Source: Nitrososphaerota archaeon
GTDB lineage: Archaea > Thermoproteota > Nitrososphaeria > Nitrososphaerales > JACQRY01
Assembly (NCBI GenBank): GCA_016184315.1
Contig: JACPCU010000021.1
Coordinates: 10,050 to 74,049, forward strand
DNA length: 64,000 nucleotides
Direction: 5' to 3'
The notes below the pieces were generated by a model. The model had not been told where the DNA came from. It did not search any database and was given only the letters and a program-made list of their open reading frames with translations. Below, one piece after another: positions 10,280 to 17,989 of this stretch. The translations under genes were made by a program, and so were the position numbers. Each line of letters begins with the position of its first letter. The stretch's first letter is position 1.

Positions 10280-12451
10280 TTGAAGCTGGAATCCCTTCCT
10301 CTACCTCAGCCCCTAATAACGCTCCTCAACGAGCAGGGGTACACAGATCTCTACCCTCCCCAGCAACTAGCCTATGAAGCAGGGATATTCGATGGAGCAA
10401 ACCTCCTGGTAACCACTCCCACAGCCTCAGGAAAGACACTTGTCGCCATAATGGCTACAGGGCGACTCATCTTGAAAGGGTTGGGGAAAGCAGTCTACCT
10501 GACTCCTCTAAGAGCATTAGCCAGCGAGAAATACGAGGAGTTCAAGGCTCTTGAACAACTCGAGAAGCCTGACGGAAGTAGCGTAAGAGTGGCGATTTCA
10601 ACCGGAGACTACGATTCTTCCGGCGAATCACTGGGATCTGGCGACGTAATCATTCTCACCAATGAAAGGTTCGACTCCATACTCAGACACAACGCGTCAT
10701 GGATAGAACATGTAAAGCTCTTCGTCGCAGACGAAGTTCATCTCGTAGGCGACGGACACCGCGGTCCGACCCTTGAAACTCTGCTCACCAAAATTCTTGC
10801 CTTCGCCTCAGACTCACAGATCTTGGCTTTGAGCGCCACGGTGACCAATTCTGAGACGATCGCTAAGTGGCTCGGCGCCAAGCTGGTGGATGTGAAGTGG
10901 AGACCGGTTAAGCTGCTGGAGGGAGTCTACCACTATAATCAGATAGTGTTCGCTGATGGCTCAAGCAGAAACATTGTCCCTTCAGGTAGAGGCGGACCTA
11001 TCGATGCTGCCCTAGACTCTTTGCGGAACGGTGGTCAAAGCCTAGTTTTCACAGAGACGAGAAGGCGAGCTGTAAGCTTAGCTACAAAGTCCTCTGAAGT
11101 AGTGGCGAAACTTCTGTCGCAGAAGGAGAAGCGTGAAGCCATAGGGATGTCAGAGGAGATCATGGCTGAAGGGGAGGAGACAGAGCTCAGCAGAAATCTA
11201 GCCAAGGCCGCTTCCGGGGGATCTGCTTTCCACCATGCGGGTCTGAGCTCTGAGCACCGGAGAATAGTTGAAGACGGTTTCAGGAGAGGCGTGATCAAGG
11301 TTCTATGCGCGACTCCGACTCTAGCCGCAGGGGTCAACCTCCCAGCTAGACGGGTCGTGGTCAGCAGCCTGATGAGGTATGACACGGAGTATGGGGGTCA
11401 GACTCTGCTCAGCGTCTTGGAGTATAAGCAGTTGGCGGGGCGAGCCGGTAGACCAAAGTTCGACACAGTTGGCGAAGTTGTAGTGGTTACTCCTCCCTCT
11501 ATGGAACCTCAGGACGTGATAGAGCAGTATGTGAAAGGAGAGCCTGAGCCTCTCCGTTCCCAGCTGTCGAACATCTCTGCTCTGAGAACCCATATTCTCG
11601 CTGCAATAGCGACTTACCCCGGGATGTCCAAACAAGACCTGAACAACCTGTTCTCGAAGACCCTGTTCGCAATACAATACCAGAAGGAGACAGTGGAAGC
11701 AAGGGTTTCCCGAGGATTAGACTATCTTCTAGAAGAAGGTCTAGTGGAGGCAAGAGGCATACGTTTCATAGCCACCGAGTTTGGCAGACGCGTGTCCATG
11801 CTTTACATCGATCCAGCTACGGGCGTGCTCTTCAAAAACGCTTTGAAACACGCAGCCGATGGCGCTGACAAAACGGTAGGCATCCTTCACTTGGTAGCCT
11901 CTTGCCCTGACTTCACGCCCAAGTTCTATTTCAGGAACCATGACTGGGAGGAAGCCATAGAATTCCTCGAAGAGCATAAGGACGAATTCATTCTTCCTAT
12001 GGCCAAGGAGAGAAGCCTTAGCTTCGGAGATGCTTTGAAGGATTTCCGAACCCTGATGGCTATGCACGGATGGATCAACGAGCTGCATGAAGACAAGCTG
12101 CTCAACAGATACGGCGTCGAACCCGGGGACCTGCACAGGGCTGTGGAGAACGGGGACTGGCTTCTCTACTCTTTGGGCGAAATCGCCAAGCTCGTGGGGA
12201 AGAACGCTCTTCTCAGGGAGATCGGGGAAGTCCGAGAGAGGAACCGCTACGGAATCAAGAAGGAACTCATTCCTCTGACCACTCTTAAGGGAGTGGGCAG
12301 AGTCAGGGCAAGGACTCTTTACAATGCTGGCTACACCAGTCTCGAAAAGGTTTCAGCGGCGAATGTCGATGCAATTGCAACTCTTCCAAAGATAGGTGTG
12401 AAGACGGCTAAGCTGATCAAACAACAGCTCCAAAAGAGGAGAAGCCGATAG
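10280..12451 (+). CDS. hel308: Hel308/Hjm-type Ski2-like DNA helicase
   Basis: 723 aa with a TTG start. Walker A TPTASGKT, DEVH box (ADEVHLVGD), SAT, motif VI QLAGRAGRP, C-terminal helix-hairpin-helix (LKGVGRVRARTLYNAGY). Confidence 0.88.
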   Translation: MKLESLPLPQPLITLLNEQGYTDLYPPQQLAYEAGIFDGANLLVTTPTASGKTLVAIMATGRLILKGLGKAVYLTPLRALASEKYEEFKALEQLEKPDGSSVRVAISTGDYDSSGESLGSGDVIILTNERFDSILRHNASWIEHVKLFVADEVHLVGDGHRGPTLETLLTKILAFASDSQILALSATVTNSETIAKWLGAKLVDVKWRPVKLLEGVYHYNQIVFADGSSRNIVPSGRGGPIDAALDSLRNGGQSLVFTETRRRAVSLATKSSEVVAKLLSQKEKREAIGMSEEIMAEGEETELSRNLAKAASGGSAFHHAGLSSEHRRIVEDGFRRGVIKVLCATPTLAAGVNLPARRVVVSSLMRYDTEYGGQTLLSVLEYKQLAGRAGRPKFDTVGEVVVVTPPSMEPQDVIEQYVKGEPEPLRSQLSNISALRTHILAAIATYPGMSKQDLNNLFSKTLFAIQYQKETVEARVSRGLDYLLEEGLVEARGIRFIATEFGRRVSMLYIDPATGVLFKNALKHAADGADKTVGILHLVASCPDFTPKFYFRNHDWEEAIEFLEEHKDEFILPMAKERSLSFGDALKDFRTLMAMHGWINELHEDKLLNRYGVEPGDLHRAVENGDWLLYSLGEIAKLVGKNALLREIGEVRERNRYGIKKELIPLTTLKGVGRVRARTLYNAGYTSLEKVSAANVDAIATLPKIGVKTAKLIKQQLQKRRSR

Positions 12452-12517
12452 CAGTCGAATTGCACTTAGCCGCCAGATTTGAACTATGTCGCAGATGATA
12501 TAGAGTTGAGGTAAACT

Positions 12518-13843
12518 ATGGGGTTCAGCGGTCTGGCAGCCTATTTGTCTGAAGGCTACGCGTCAAACCGACTCTCCCGCTATTTGGTCGCGATGCGCCA
12601 CAGAGCCCCCGCTGGCTACCGTGTGTGGAGCAATAATTCTGTGCTAAGACTGCCACAGGGAGACACCAGACTTCCAGAAGCACCGATGATCCTTGCAGGC
12701 TTTCTCCGCCGATCTCTGGAAAAACACGATGCTCCTCTTGTTCACGGAGTCATGTACAATGCTCAGCCTTTCCCATCCACAGACAAGTCACCGGACAAAG
12801 CTCTACGAACCATGTCAGAATACCTTGCAGACTGCGACGGCTCTTACGCGTTGATTGCACCCTGTGGAGAAGGTCTGATCTTCGCCAGAGACCCCATGGG
12901 GCAGAAACCGCTATGCTTTGAGCGGAGCGCAAAGGGTTTGGGGCTTGCAAGCGACTCTTACGCCTTGTCCGAACAGGGTTCAGCGGTATCTGTTGAGCCC
13001 GGCAAGGTCTATTACATGGATCTCAATAGAGACCAGCGCATCCAGATACCTCCGCCAAAACCAAGTTTCCCTGTTCCCGCTTCATTGCAGGAAGCTGCTG
13101 TCAACACGTTAACCCTTCTTTCGGAGTCCTTGGATCATAGAGCAATTAGTGGAAGCAAGGTTGCGGTGGCATCTTCAGGAGGAATCGACAGCGCTTTGAT
13201 CGCCCATCTTCTCTCCAAGAGATGTAACGTGACGGTCTTTTCTGTTTCCGCCGAGGGTTCGAAGGACGCTGTTGAAGCGAAGAGGTTTGTCAAAGCTTTG
13301 GATGCGGAGCACAAGGAGATTTCTGTGTCCGCAGAGGCCGTAACAGAAATTATTCCGTCTGTTTCCAAGCTGATTGGTGGCGGTAGCCCTATGGATTTGG
13401 GCATAGGAACAGCTATTCATCTAGCTGCTAAAGCTGCTTGCGAAGACGGGTTTGAAGTTCTCTTCTTGGGGCAGCTGGCTGATGAGCTATTCGGAGGCTA
13501 CTCACGCTACCTGCATGTTTTGAAAAGTAGAGGCGAGGCGGCTGTTACGCAAACCATGCATAGCGACGTTCACTACGCTTATAGGAGCAACTTCGAGAGA
13601 GATGAAAGAGCAGCTTCGCCTTTCCTCGACCTAGTGCTTCCATACGCATACTTGCCCCTAGTGCAATACGCCCTAAACATTCCTTTGACATACAAGCTCG
13701 ACTCTAAGAGCGGTGAACGGAAGATCGTACTCAAGCGGGCCGCGGCTGAAGCCGGTGTACCCGAAGAGATATGGTCGAAGCCCAAGAAAGCAGTCCAGTA
13801 CAGCTCGGGGCTCCAGAAGATAGTGGAGAAGTTCCTAAGCTGA
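12518..13843 (+). CDS. Asparagine synthase (AsnB)-like PP-loop ATP pyrophosphatase with a degenerate glutaminase domain
   Basis: 441 aa. PP-loop VAVASSGGIDSALIA. The N-terminal domain resembles the class II amidotransferase fold (RHRAPAGY aligns with RHRGPDG) but starts MGFSG instead of MCG. Confidence 0.65.
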   Translation: MGFSGLAAYLSEGYASNRLSRYLVAMRHRAPAGYRVWSNNSVLRLPQGDTRLPEAPMILAGFLRRSLEKHDAPLVHGVMYNAQPFPSTDKSPDKALRTMSEYLADCDGSYALIAPCGEGLIFARDPMGQKPLCFERSAKGLGLASDSYALSEQGSAVSVEPGKVYYMDLNRDQRIQIPPPKPSFPVPASLQEAAVNTLTLLSESLDHRAISGSKVAVASSGGIDSALIAHLLSKRCNVTVFSVSAEGSKDAVEAKRFVKALDAEHKEISVSAEAVTEIIPSVSKLIGGGSPMDLGIGTAIHLAAKAACEDGFEVLFLGQLADELFGGYSRYLHVLKSRGEAAVTQTMHSDVHYAYRSNFERDERAASPFLDLVLPYAYLPLVQYALNIPLTYKLDSKSGERKIVLKRAAAEAGVPEEIWSKPKKAVQYSSGLQKIVEKFLS

Positions 13844-13861
13844 GCTTTACATCAGCTGCCC

Positions 13862-14293
13862 CTAGATGTCGAGGACTACCGTCGCTTGCCAGCCGTCAGC
13901 AGTCTGCCGCACTTCGAACCGGTGCATCGTGACTGCTTTCACATCTGCAATCAAGTTATGCTTCTTCATATCGATCTCTTCTCCATAGACATTCGCCTCC
14001 AACCTAAACTTCTCATCCACGTGCTCTATTGAAACATCGTATTTGCTGAAGAGGAGTAGCTCAGCATCCTTGTAGAAGACAAGCTCTTGAAGAAAATCGA
14101 AGAGCAGCCGCTCCACGTCGCCTGCTTCAAGAACAATCTTCCGCTCAACCTTCCTTTCCACCTTGTCAATATTGCGCACCATTACGACCTCTGTAGCCTC
14201 AGCAGCAGAGCCGAAGAGCTCAGAAAGTGTCCTTCCCTCCGCCCGGAAAGCTACGTCCGCCAGCGCAATGTCTTCGATGAAGATGTAGGGCAT
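13862..14293 (-). CDS. Archease (RtcB activator)
   Basis: 143 aa. MPYIFIEDIALADVAFRAEGRTLSELF...VKAVTMHRFEV is typical archease. Its ATG overlaps the rtcB TGA by 1 nt (TGATG at 14293). Confidence 0.88.
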   Translation of the reverse strand: MPYIFIEDIALADVAFRAEGRTLSELFGSAAEATEVVMVRNIDKVERKVERKIVLEAGDVERLLFDFLQELVFYKDAELLLFSKYDVSIEHVDEKFRLEANVYGEEIDMKKHNLIADVKAVTMHRFEVRQTADGWQATVVLDI

Positions 14294-15759
14294 CAGCCCT
14301 TCACGTTGCCAATAGGTATGAATCTGACCACAGGCTTAGAGATCCCGGCTACTCGAACAGCTTCAATCACGTCGTCAATATCCTTGTAGGCCGGCCCAGC
14401 CTCCTCTGCAACACCCTCATAGGAAACGGAGCGCACATAGATCCCTCTCTGCTCCATGTCTCTCAGCAGACGGTCGCCGCGAAATAACTTCTTCGCCTTG
14501 GTTCGACTCATAGTCCTCCCAGAACCATGACAGGTGCTGAAGAAGGTCTCCCTTCCACCAGGTGTTCCCACTAGCAGATAGGATCCTGTCTCCATGCTGC
14601 CCCCTATGATAATAGGCTGCCCAAGAGGACGGTATTCTTCAGGCATGTCTCCCATCCCCGGCCCGAAGGCTCTTGTCGCTCCCTTACGGTGCACCAGCAC
14701 GTCGCGGTTCACCTTGTCAACCTCATATCTTTCCAGCTTGGCTGTGTTGTGAGCAACATCGTAGACTTGGTGTAAGCCGAGGCTCTCCGCGTCCTTCTTG
14801 AACACGTTTGCGAAGACCTCTCTGATTCTGTGCAGGATCACCTGTCTGTTGACGAAGCTCATGTTTATGCCGCATTTCATTCCAGCGAAATAGTCTTGGC
14901 CTTCAGGCGAATGGAACGGTGCGCATGCCAGCTCGCGGTCAAGGATCTTGATGCCGTATTTGCGCTCCATTACGTTGAGGAAGACTTGGAGGTAGTCGCT
15001 GGCTACCTGGTGTCCGAAGCCTCTGGAGCCGCAGTGGAACATCACGACAATCTGGTTAGGCAGAGTTATCCCAAAGGCTTTTGCAAGTTCCTTGTCATAT
15101 ACGAATTCAGGCTTCACGACCTGCACTTCGAGATAGTGGTTCCCCGACCCTAAGGTGCCGATCTGATTCAGCCCACGGGTAACCGCTCTATTACTGATCT
15201 TGGATGTGTCAGCGCCCTCAACGCATCCACTTTCCTCAGTCTTCTCCAGATCTTCCTCCCATCCGTATCCCTTCTCGATGCACCAGCGGCCTCCCTTCTC
15301 AACCGCGGCGCGAAACTCGCTTGCGGACAGCTTGACGAACCCTGATGAGCCTACTCCAGCGGGAACACGGTGAAACAGTTGATCAACAAGCTCCTTCAGC
15401 TTGGGGCGAACATCATCATAGGTGAGATTAGTCAGAACCAGACGCATCCCGCAGTTGATGTCGAAGCCGATCCCTCCCGGAGAGATGACCCCCTCCTCAG
15501 CATCCATAGGGGCAACCCCACCGATAGGAAACCCGTAGCCAGAATGCCCATCAGGCATACAGTAAGCATACTGCAAAATGCCCGGGAGAGTAGCTACATT
15601 GGTGATCTGGTCAAACACCTGCTCATCCATGGTCTGCATAATCTTCTCAGTCGCATAGAGCCTAGCGGGAACACGCATTCCCTGCTTGAAGCTGGGAGGA
15701 ATCTCCCAGACCACATCACTGACGCGTCGAACCTGTTGGGGGAAGGTCAATTCTAACAC
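14293..15759 (-). CDS. rtcB: RNA-splicing ligase RtcB
   Basis: 488 aa. Motifs MPDGHSGYGFPIGG, DINCGMR, GSGNHYLEVQ, HCGSRGFGHQ, HGSGR. Confidence 0.95.
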   Translation of the reverse strand: MLELTFPQQVRRVSDVVWEIPPSFKQGMRVPARLYATEKIMQTMDEQVFDQITNVATLPGILQYAYCMPDGHSGYGFPIGGVAPMDAEEGVISPGGIGFDINCGMRLVLTNLTYDDVRPKLKELVDQLFHRVPAGVGSSGFVKLSASEFRAAVEKGGRWCIEKGYGWEEDLEKTEESGCVEGADTSKISNRAVTRGLNQIGTLGSGNHYLEVQVVKPEFVYDKELAKAFGITLPNQIVVMFHCGSRGFGHQVASDYLQVFLNVMERKYGIKILDRELACAPFHSPEGQDYFAGMKCGINMSFVNRQVILHRIREVFANVFKKDAESLGLHQVYDVAHNTAKLERYEVDKVNRDVLVHRKGATRAFGPGMGDMPEEYRPLGQPIIIGGSMETGSYLLVGTPGGRETFFSTCHGSGRTMSRTKAKKLFRGDRLLRDMEQRGIYVRSVSYEGVAEEAGPAYKDIDDVIEAVRVAGISKPVVRFIPIGNVKG

Positions 15760-15961
15760 CTAATTCTAAGAATAGATATCCGCAAGACAGTGGCCAAGAA
15801 GCACGCTTTTAAGATTTGGGCTCTGAAATCACGTTGTTTCACAATCACCCCTTTTGGTTGGCGGTCACTCCAATGGGTGTTCTTGTAAGTTCTCTGATTT
15901 ATCCGCATGGCGTTAATGCAAAGGAATAAATTTCGGCTAGAAGGAATAGTTAGACGAATCA

Positions 15962-16114
15962 ATGCCCATTTGTCCTCGGTGCGGGAAATTTGTCAAGGAT
16001 CTTCGAAAACATAGAAGTAGGAACAGGTGTAGAGTAAAGGGGAAACGCAAGGCGGAGGCACTACCCTTACCAAGCAGTCTTCAAGAAAAACTGACAAATC
16101 CTATGGTCTATTAG
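15962..16114 (+). CDS. Hypothetical small basic protein with a C-x2-C...H-x4-C zinc-knuckle-like pattern
   Basis: Below the ORF-track size cutoff. Own translation: MPICPRCGKFVKDLRKHRSRNRCRVKGKRKAEALPLPSSLQEKLTNPMVY (50 aa). It sits at the left edge of the Rhs island. No other support. Confidence 0.25.
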   Translation: MPICPRCGKFVKDLRKHRSRNRCRVKGKRKAEALPLPSSLQEKLTNPMVY

Positions 16115-16150
16115 GGAATTTGATGGTTCAAGACGTAAACAAGGTGAGGG

Positions 16151-16462
16151 ACCTCTTCAACAAGGCCACGGTGCACCATCAGCTACACGTATGATCAGGT
16201 GGGAAACAGGTTGACGAAGAAAGAAGGCACCACAACTGTAGCCTACACCTATGGAGCCTACAACAGGCTCACCTCCACAAACAGCTCTCTCACATTCACC
16301 TATGATAACAACGGGAACACGCTCAGCAAGATTGAGGGTGGAGACACTTGGAACTACACTTACAACTACAACAACATGATGACGAAAGCAGTCAAGAACA
16401 GCGTTACTCAAGGACAGTATTTCTACGATGGGGAGAATAAGAGGGTGAAAGTCATCGAAGGT
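16151..16462 (+). repeat. YD-repeat block, copy A (paralogous to 21031..21350 and the degraded copy at 22125..22345)
   Basis: Encodes TSSTRPRCTISYTYDQVGNRLTKKEGTTTVAYTYGAYNRL...YNYNNMMTKAVKNSVTQGQYFYDGENKRVKVIEG, against copy B TSSTGPWGTISYTYDQVGNRLTKTEGSTTSYTYGTYNRL...YDYNNMMTKAVKNSVTQGQYFYDCDNRRVKTIES. 16373-16416 and 21247-21290 match at 43 of 44 nt. Confidence 0.9.
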
Positions 16463-17557
16463 TCCACTCTGATCAACATGTTCAACGGTTTAAACATCAT
16501 CTACCAGAAGAACATGACGAGTGGAAGCATATCTAAATTCTTCTTCGCCAACGGTCTGGTGATAGCTAAGAACAATGGTTCGTCGACCTATTATCATCAG
16601 GACTCTCTTGGAAGCACAAGGTTGACCACCAGCTCATCGAAGCTCCAGATATTCGCTTCGAACTACAAGCCTTTCGGACCCTTGTACAACCAATCGGGAA
16701 CAGAGAAGGTGAAGTACACGGGGAAATGGGAGGACTCACCTACCAAGCTATACTACTTCGGAGCTCGTTACTATGACCCGGAGATAGGCAGATTCACAAC
16801 TCAGGACACAGTTGTGACCATCAACCAATATATCTACGCCAATAACAATCCGTACAAATATATCGGCCCCACGGGAAGAGAACCGGTGAGAAAGGAAATT
16901 GGTTCGTATGAGTTGATAGTCGATTACATAAGAGGACTCGAAGCGTCTCATCCTGGTGCTAAACCAACAGAAATATTGAATATGATAGTCAACAGAGAAG
17001 GCCCAGGCTTTGGGCAACCTAAATTTGGTGACGGATATCCAAAAGATGCTCGCTATATTTACTCGGAAAGCGCAGGCTTTGTGGATATGCTTCATTTCTT
17101 TGATAACGCTAAGTTGGGTGCCAATTACGGGATCGGGCCCTTCGACCCTGCCGGCATTGCACTCGACTATGGCGTGGAGATTGGACAGGCCGCGACGAGA
17201 GATAGACCGAGTGCGTTCAGCTACGAGGACATCACTTCGAATCGACTAGGACGAGCGTTCGGAGTGAATGTCCTGACTTCTAGCATCCTTGTGACTGTTG
17301 GCATCTCTGACGATAAACCTTTGTCACAACAATTCTCTGATTACATGAAGAATATAGGTGCCTCAACAAATCCAGAAGAAACCATCAAGAAACAGCATCC
17401 TGGGTTGTGGGAAACCATCCCGGAAAACCGGGACGCCGTACAGAAGACAGGTTTCCTACCGGCTTCAAGGACATGTGTCATCTGTTATGGGCCTGCTATT
17501 CCAGATTCTTTGGGATCAATACCAATAGTCGGTGGAATTCTGTCATGGGCGTTTTAG
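16199..17557 (+). CDS. Orphan Rhs/YD-repeat C-terminal module 1: YD repeats, Rhs core end, and an unassigned ~230-aa C-terminal (toxin-like) domain
   Basis: ORF track 452 aa. The frame is open from 16148 (after TGA at 16145-16147) with no ATG; the first candidate start is GTG at 16199. YD repeats, then the Rhs-associated core signature YYFGARYYDPEIGRFTTQD, then a degenerate tip motif YANNNPYKYIGPTGRE (canonical form NNPxxxxDPxG). An unrelated domain follows, ending in a hydrophobic tail (GSIPIVGGILSWAF). Confidence 0.78.
   Translation: MGNRLTKKEGTTTVAYTYGAYNRLTSTNSSLTFTYDNNGNTLSKIEGGDTWNYTYNYNNMMTKAVKNSVTQGQYFYDGENKRVKVIEGSTLINMFNGLNIIYQKNMTSGSISKFFFANGLVIAKNNGSSTYYHQDSLGSTRLTTSSSKLQIFASNYKPFGPLYNQSGTEKVKYTGKWEDSPTKLYYFGARYYDPEIGRFTTQDTVVTINQYIYANNNPYKYIGPTGREPVRKEIGSYELIVDYIRGLEASHPGAKPTEILNMIVNREGPGFGQPKFGDGYPKDARYIYSESAGFVDMLHFFDNAKLGANYGIGPFDPAGIALDYGVEIGQAATRDRPSAFSYEDITSNRLGRAFGVNVLTSSILVTVGISDDKPLSQQFSDYMKNIGASTNPEETIKKQHPGLWETIPENRDAVQKTGFLPASRTCVICYGPAIPDSLGSIPIVGGILSWAF
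16538..16807 (+). repeat. Rhs core-end block, copy 1 (paralogous to 18065..18340)
   Basis: FFFANGLVIAKNNGSSTYYHQDSLGSTRLTTSSSKLQIFASNYKPFGPLYNQSGTEKVKYTGKWEDSPTKLYYFGARYYDPEIGRFTTQD, against KYFYANGLMIARVNPFATTYFHQDSLGSTRLTTSASKLQLFASNYKPFGPVYNQSGTEKVKYTGKWEDSATKLYYFGARYYDPEIGRFTTQDP. Confidence 0.9.
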
Positions 17558-17574
17558 GCATCATAAGGAGGTCG

Positions 17575-17985
17575 ATGCTACTCAGAACCTATCTGGCGTT
17601 GGTAACGGCTTCTTCTTTGCTAGGTATCTATTCGGGCATTTATGTCGAAAATGTGAAAGCGTCGAATCCTGGGGTAGATCCAGAGCTGTTATTGGAATTT
17701 GATCCGGTTTTCCCCATAAATGGACTGTTCATCATATGCATAATGATTTTCAGTGTCTATATCCTAGCAGCGTCCATCGACAAGACGTATCCGACCTTTA
17801 TTCTGCTTTTGCCTTTAGCCGAACTGGCATTAATTGCGATAAGGATTTTCGGAGACGAAAGCCTGTTTTACCCAGTGTTATCCGCCCAGATACTGTTGTC
17901 GTCGCTCCTACTTCTTGCGTCCTATGTTTCGCCTTCAAACCCATCTAGACTAGAGATAAGAAGACGGGAAGGTAAGGCAGATTAA
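17575..17985 (+). CDS. Four-TM membrane protein; candidate immunity protein for Rhs module 1
   Basis: ORF track 17407..17985 overlaps the Rhs ORF. Plausible starts are ATG at 17545 or ATG at 17575, which is preceded by AGGAGG (17566-17571). Hydrophobic segments: LLRTYLALVTASSLLGIYSGIYV, INGLFIICIMIFSVYILAASI, TFILLLPLAELALIAIRIF, VLSAQILLSSLLLLASYV. The role is inferred from position only. Confidence 0.5.
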   Translation: MLLRTYLALVTASSLLGIYSGIYVENVKASNPGVDPELLLEFDPVFPINGLFIICIMIFSVYILAASIDKTYPTFILLLPLAELALIAIRIFGDESLFYPVLSAQILLSSLLLLASYVSPSNPSRLEIRRREGKAD

Positions 17986-17989
17986 GTGG

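Noticed and set aside
12087-12278. Numerous 60-130-aa ORFs nested in or antisense to long genes throughout the track (for example 8477..8770, 11035..11385, 12087..12278, 37303..37650, 61515..61781)
   Set aside because: All lie inside confidently assigned genes in other frames or strands and lack motifs. They are typical shadow ORFs of moderately GC-rich coding DNA.
15753-15962. 69-aa minus-strand ORF upstream of rtcB
   Set aside because: It overlaps the rtcB start region and likely the promoter. Its sequence (MIRLTIPSSRNLFLCINAMRINQRTYK...) has no features, so it is likely non-coding.
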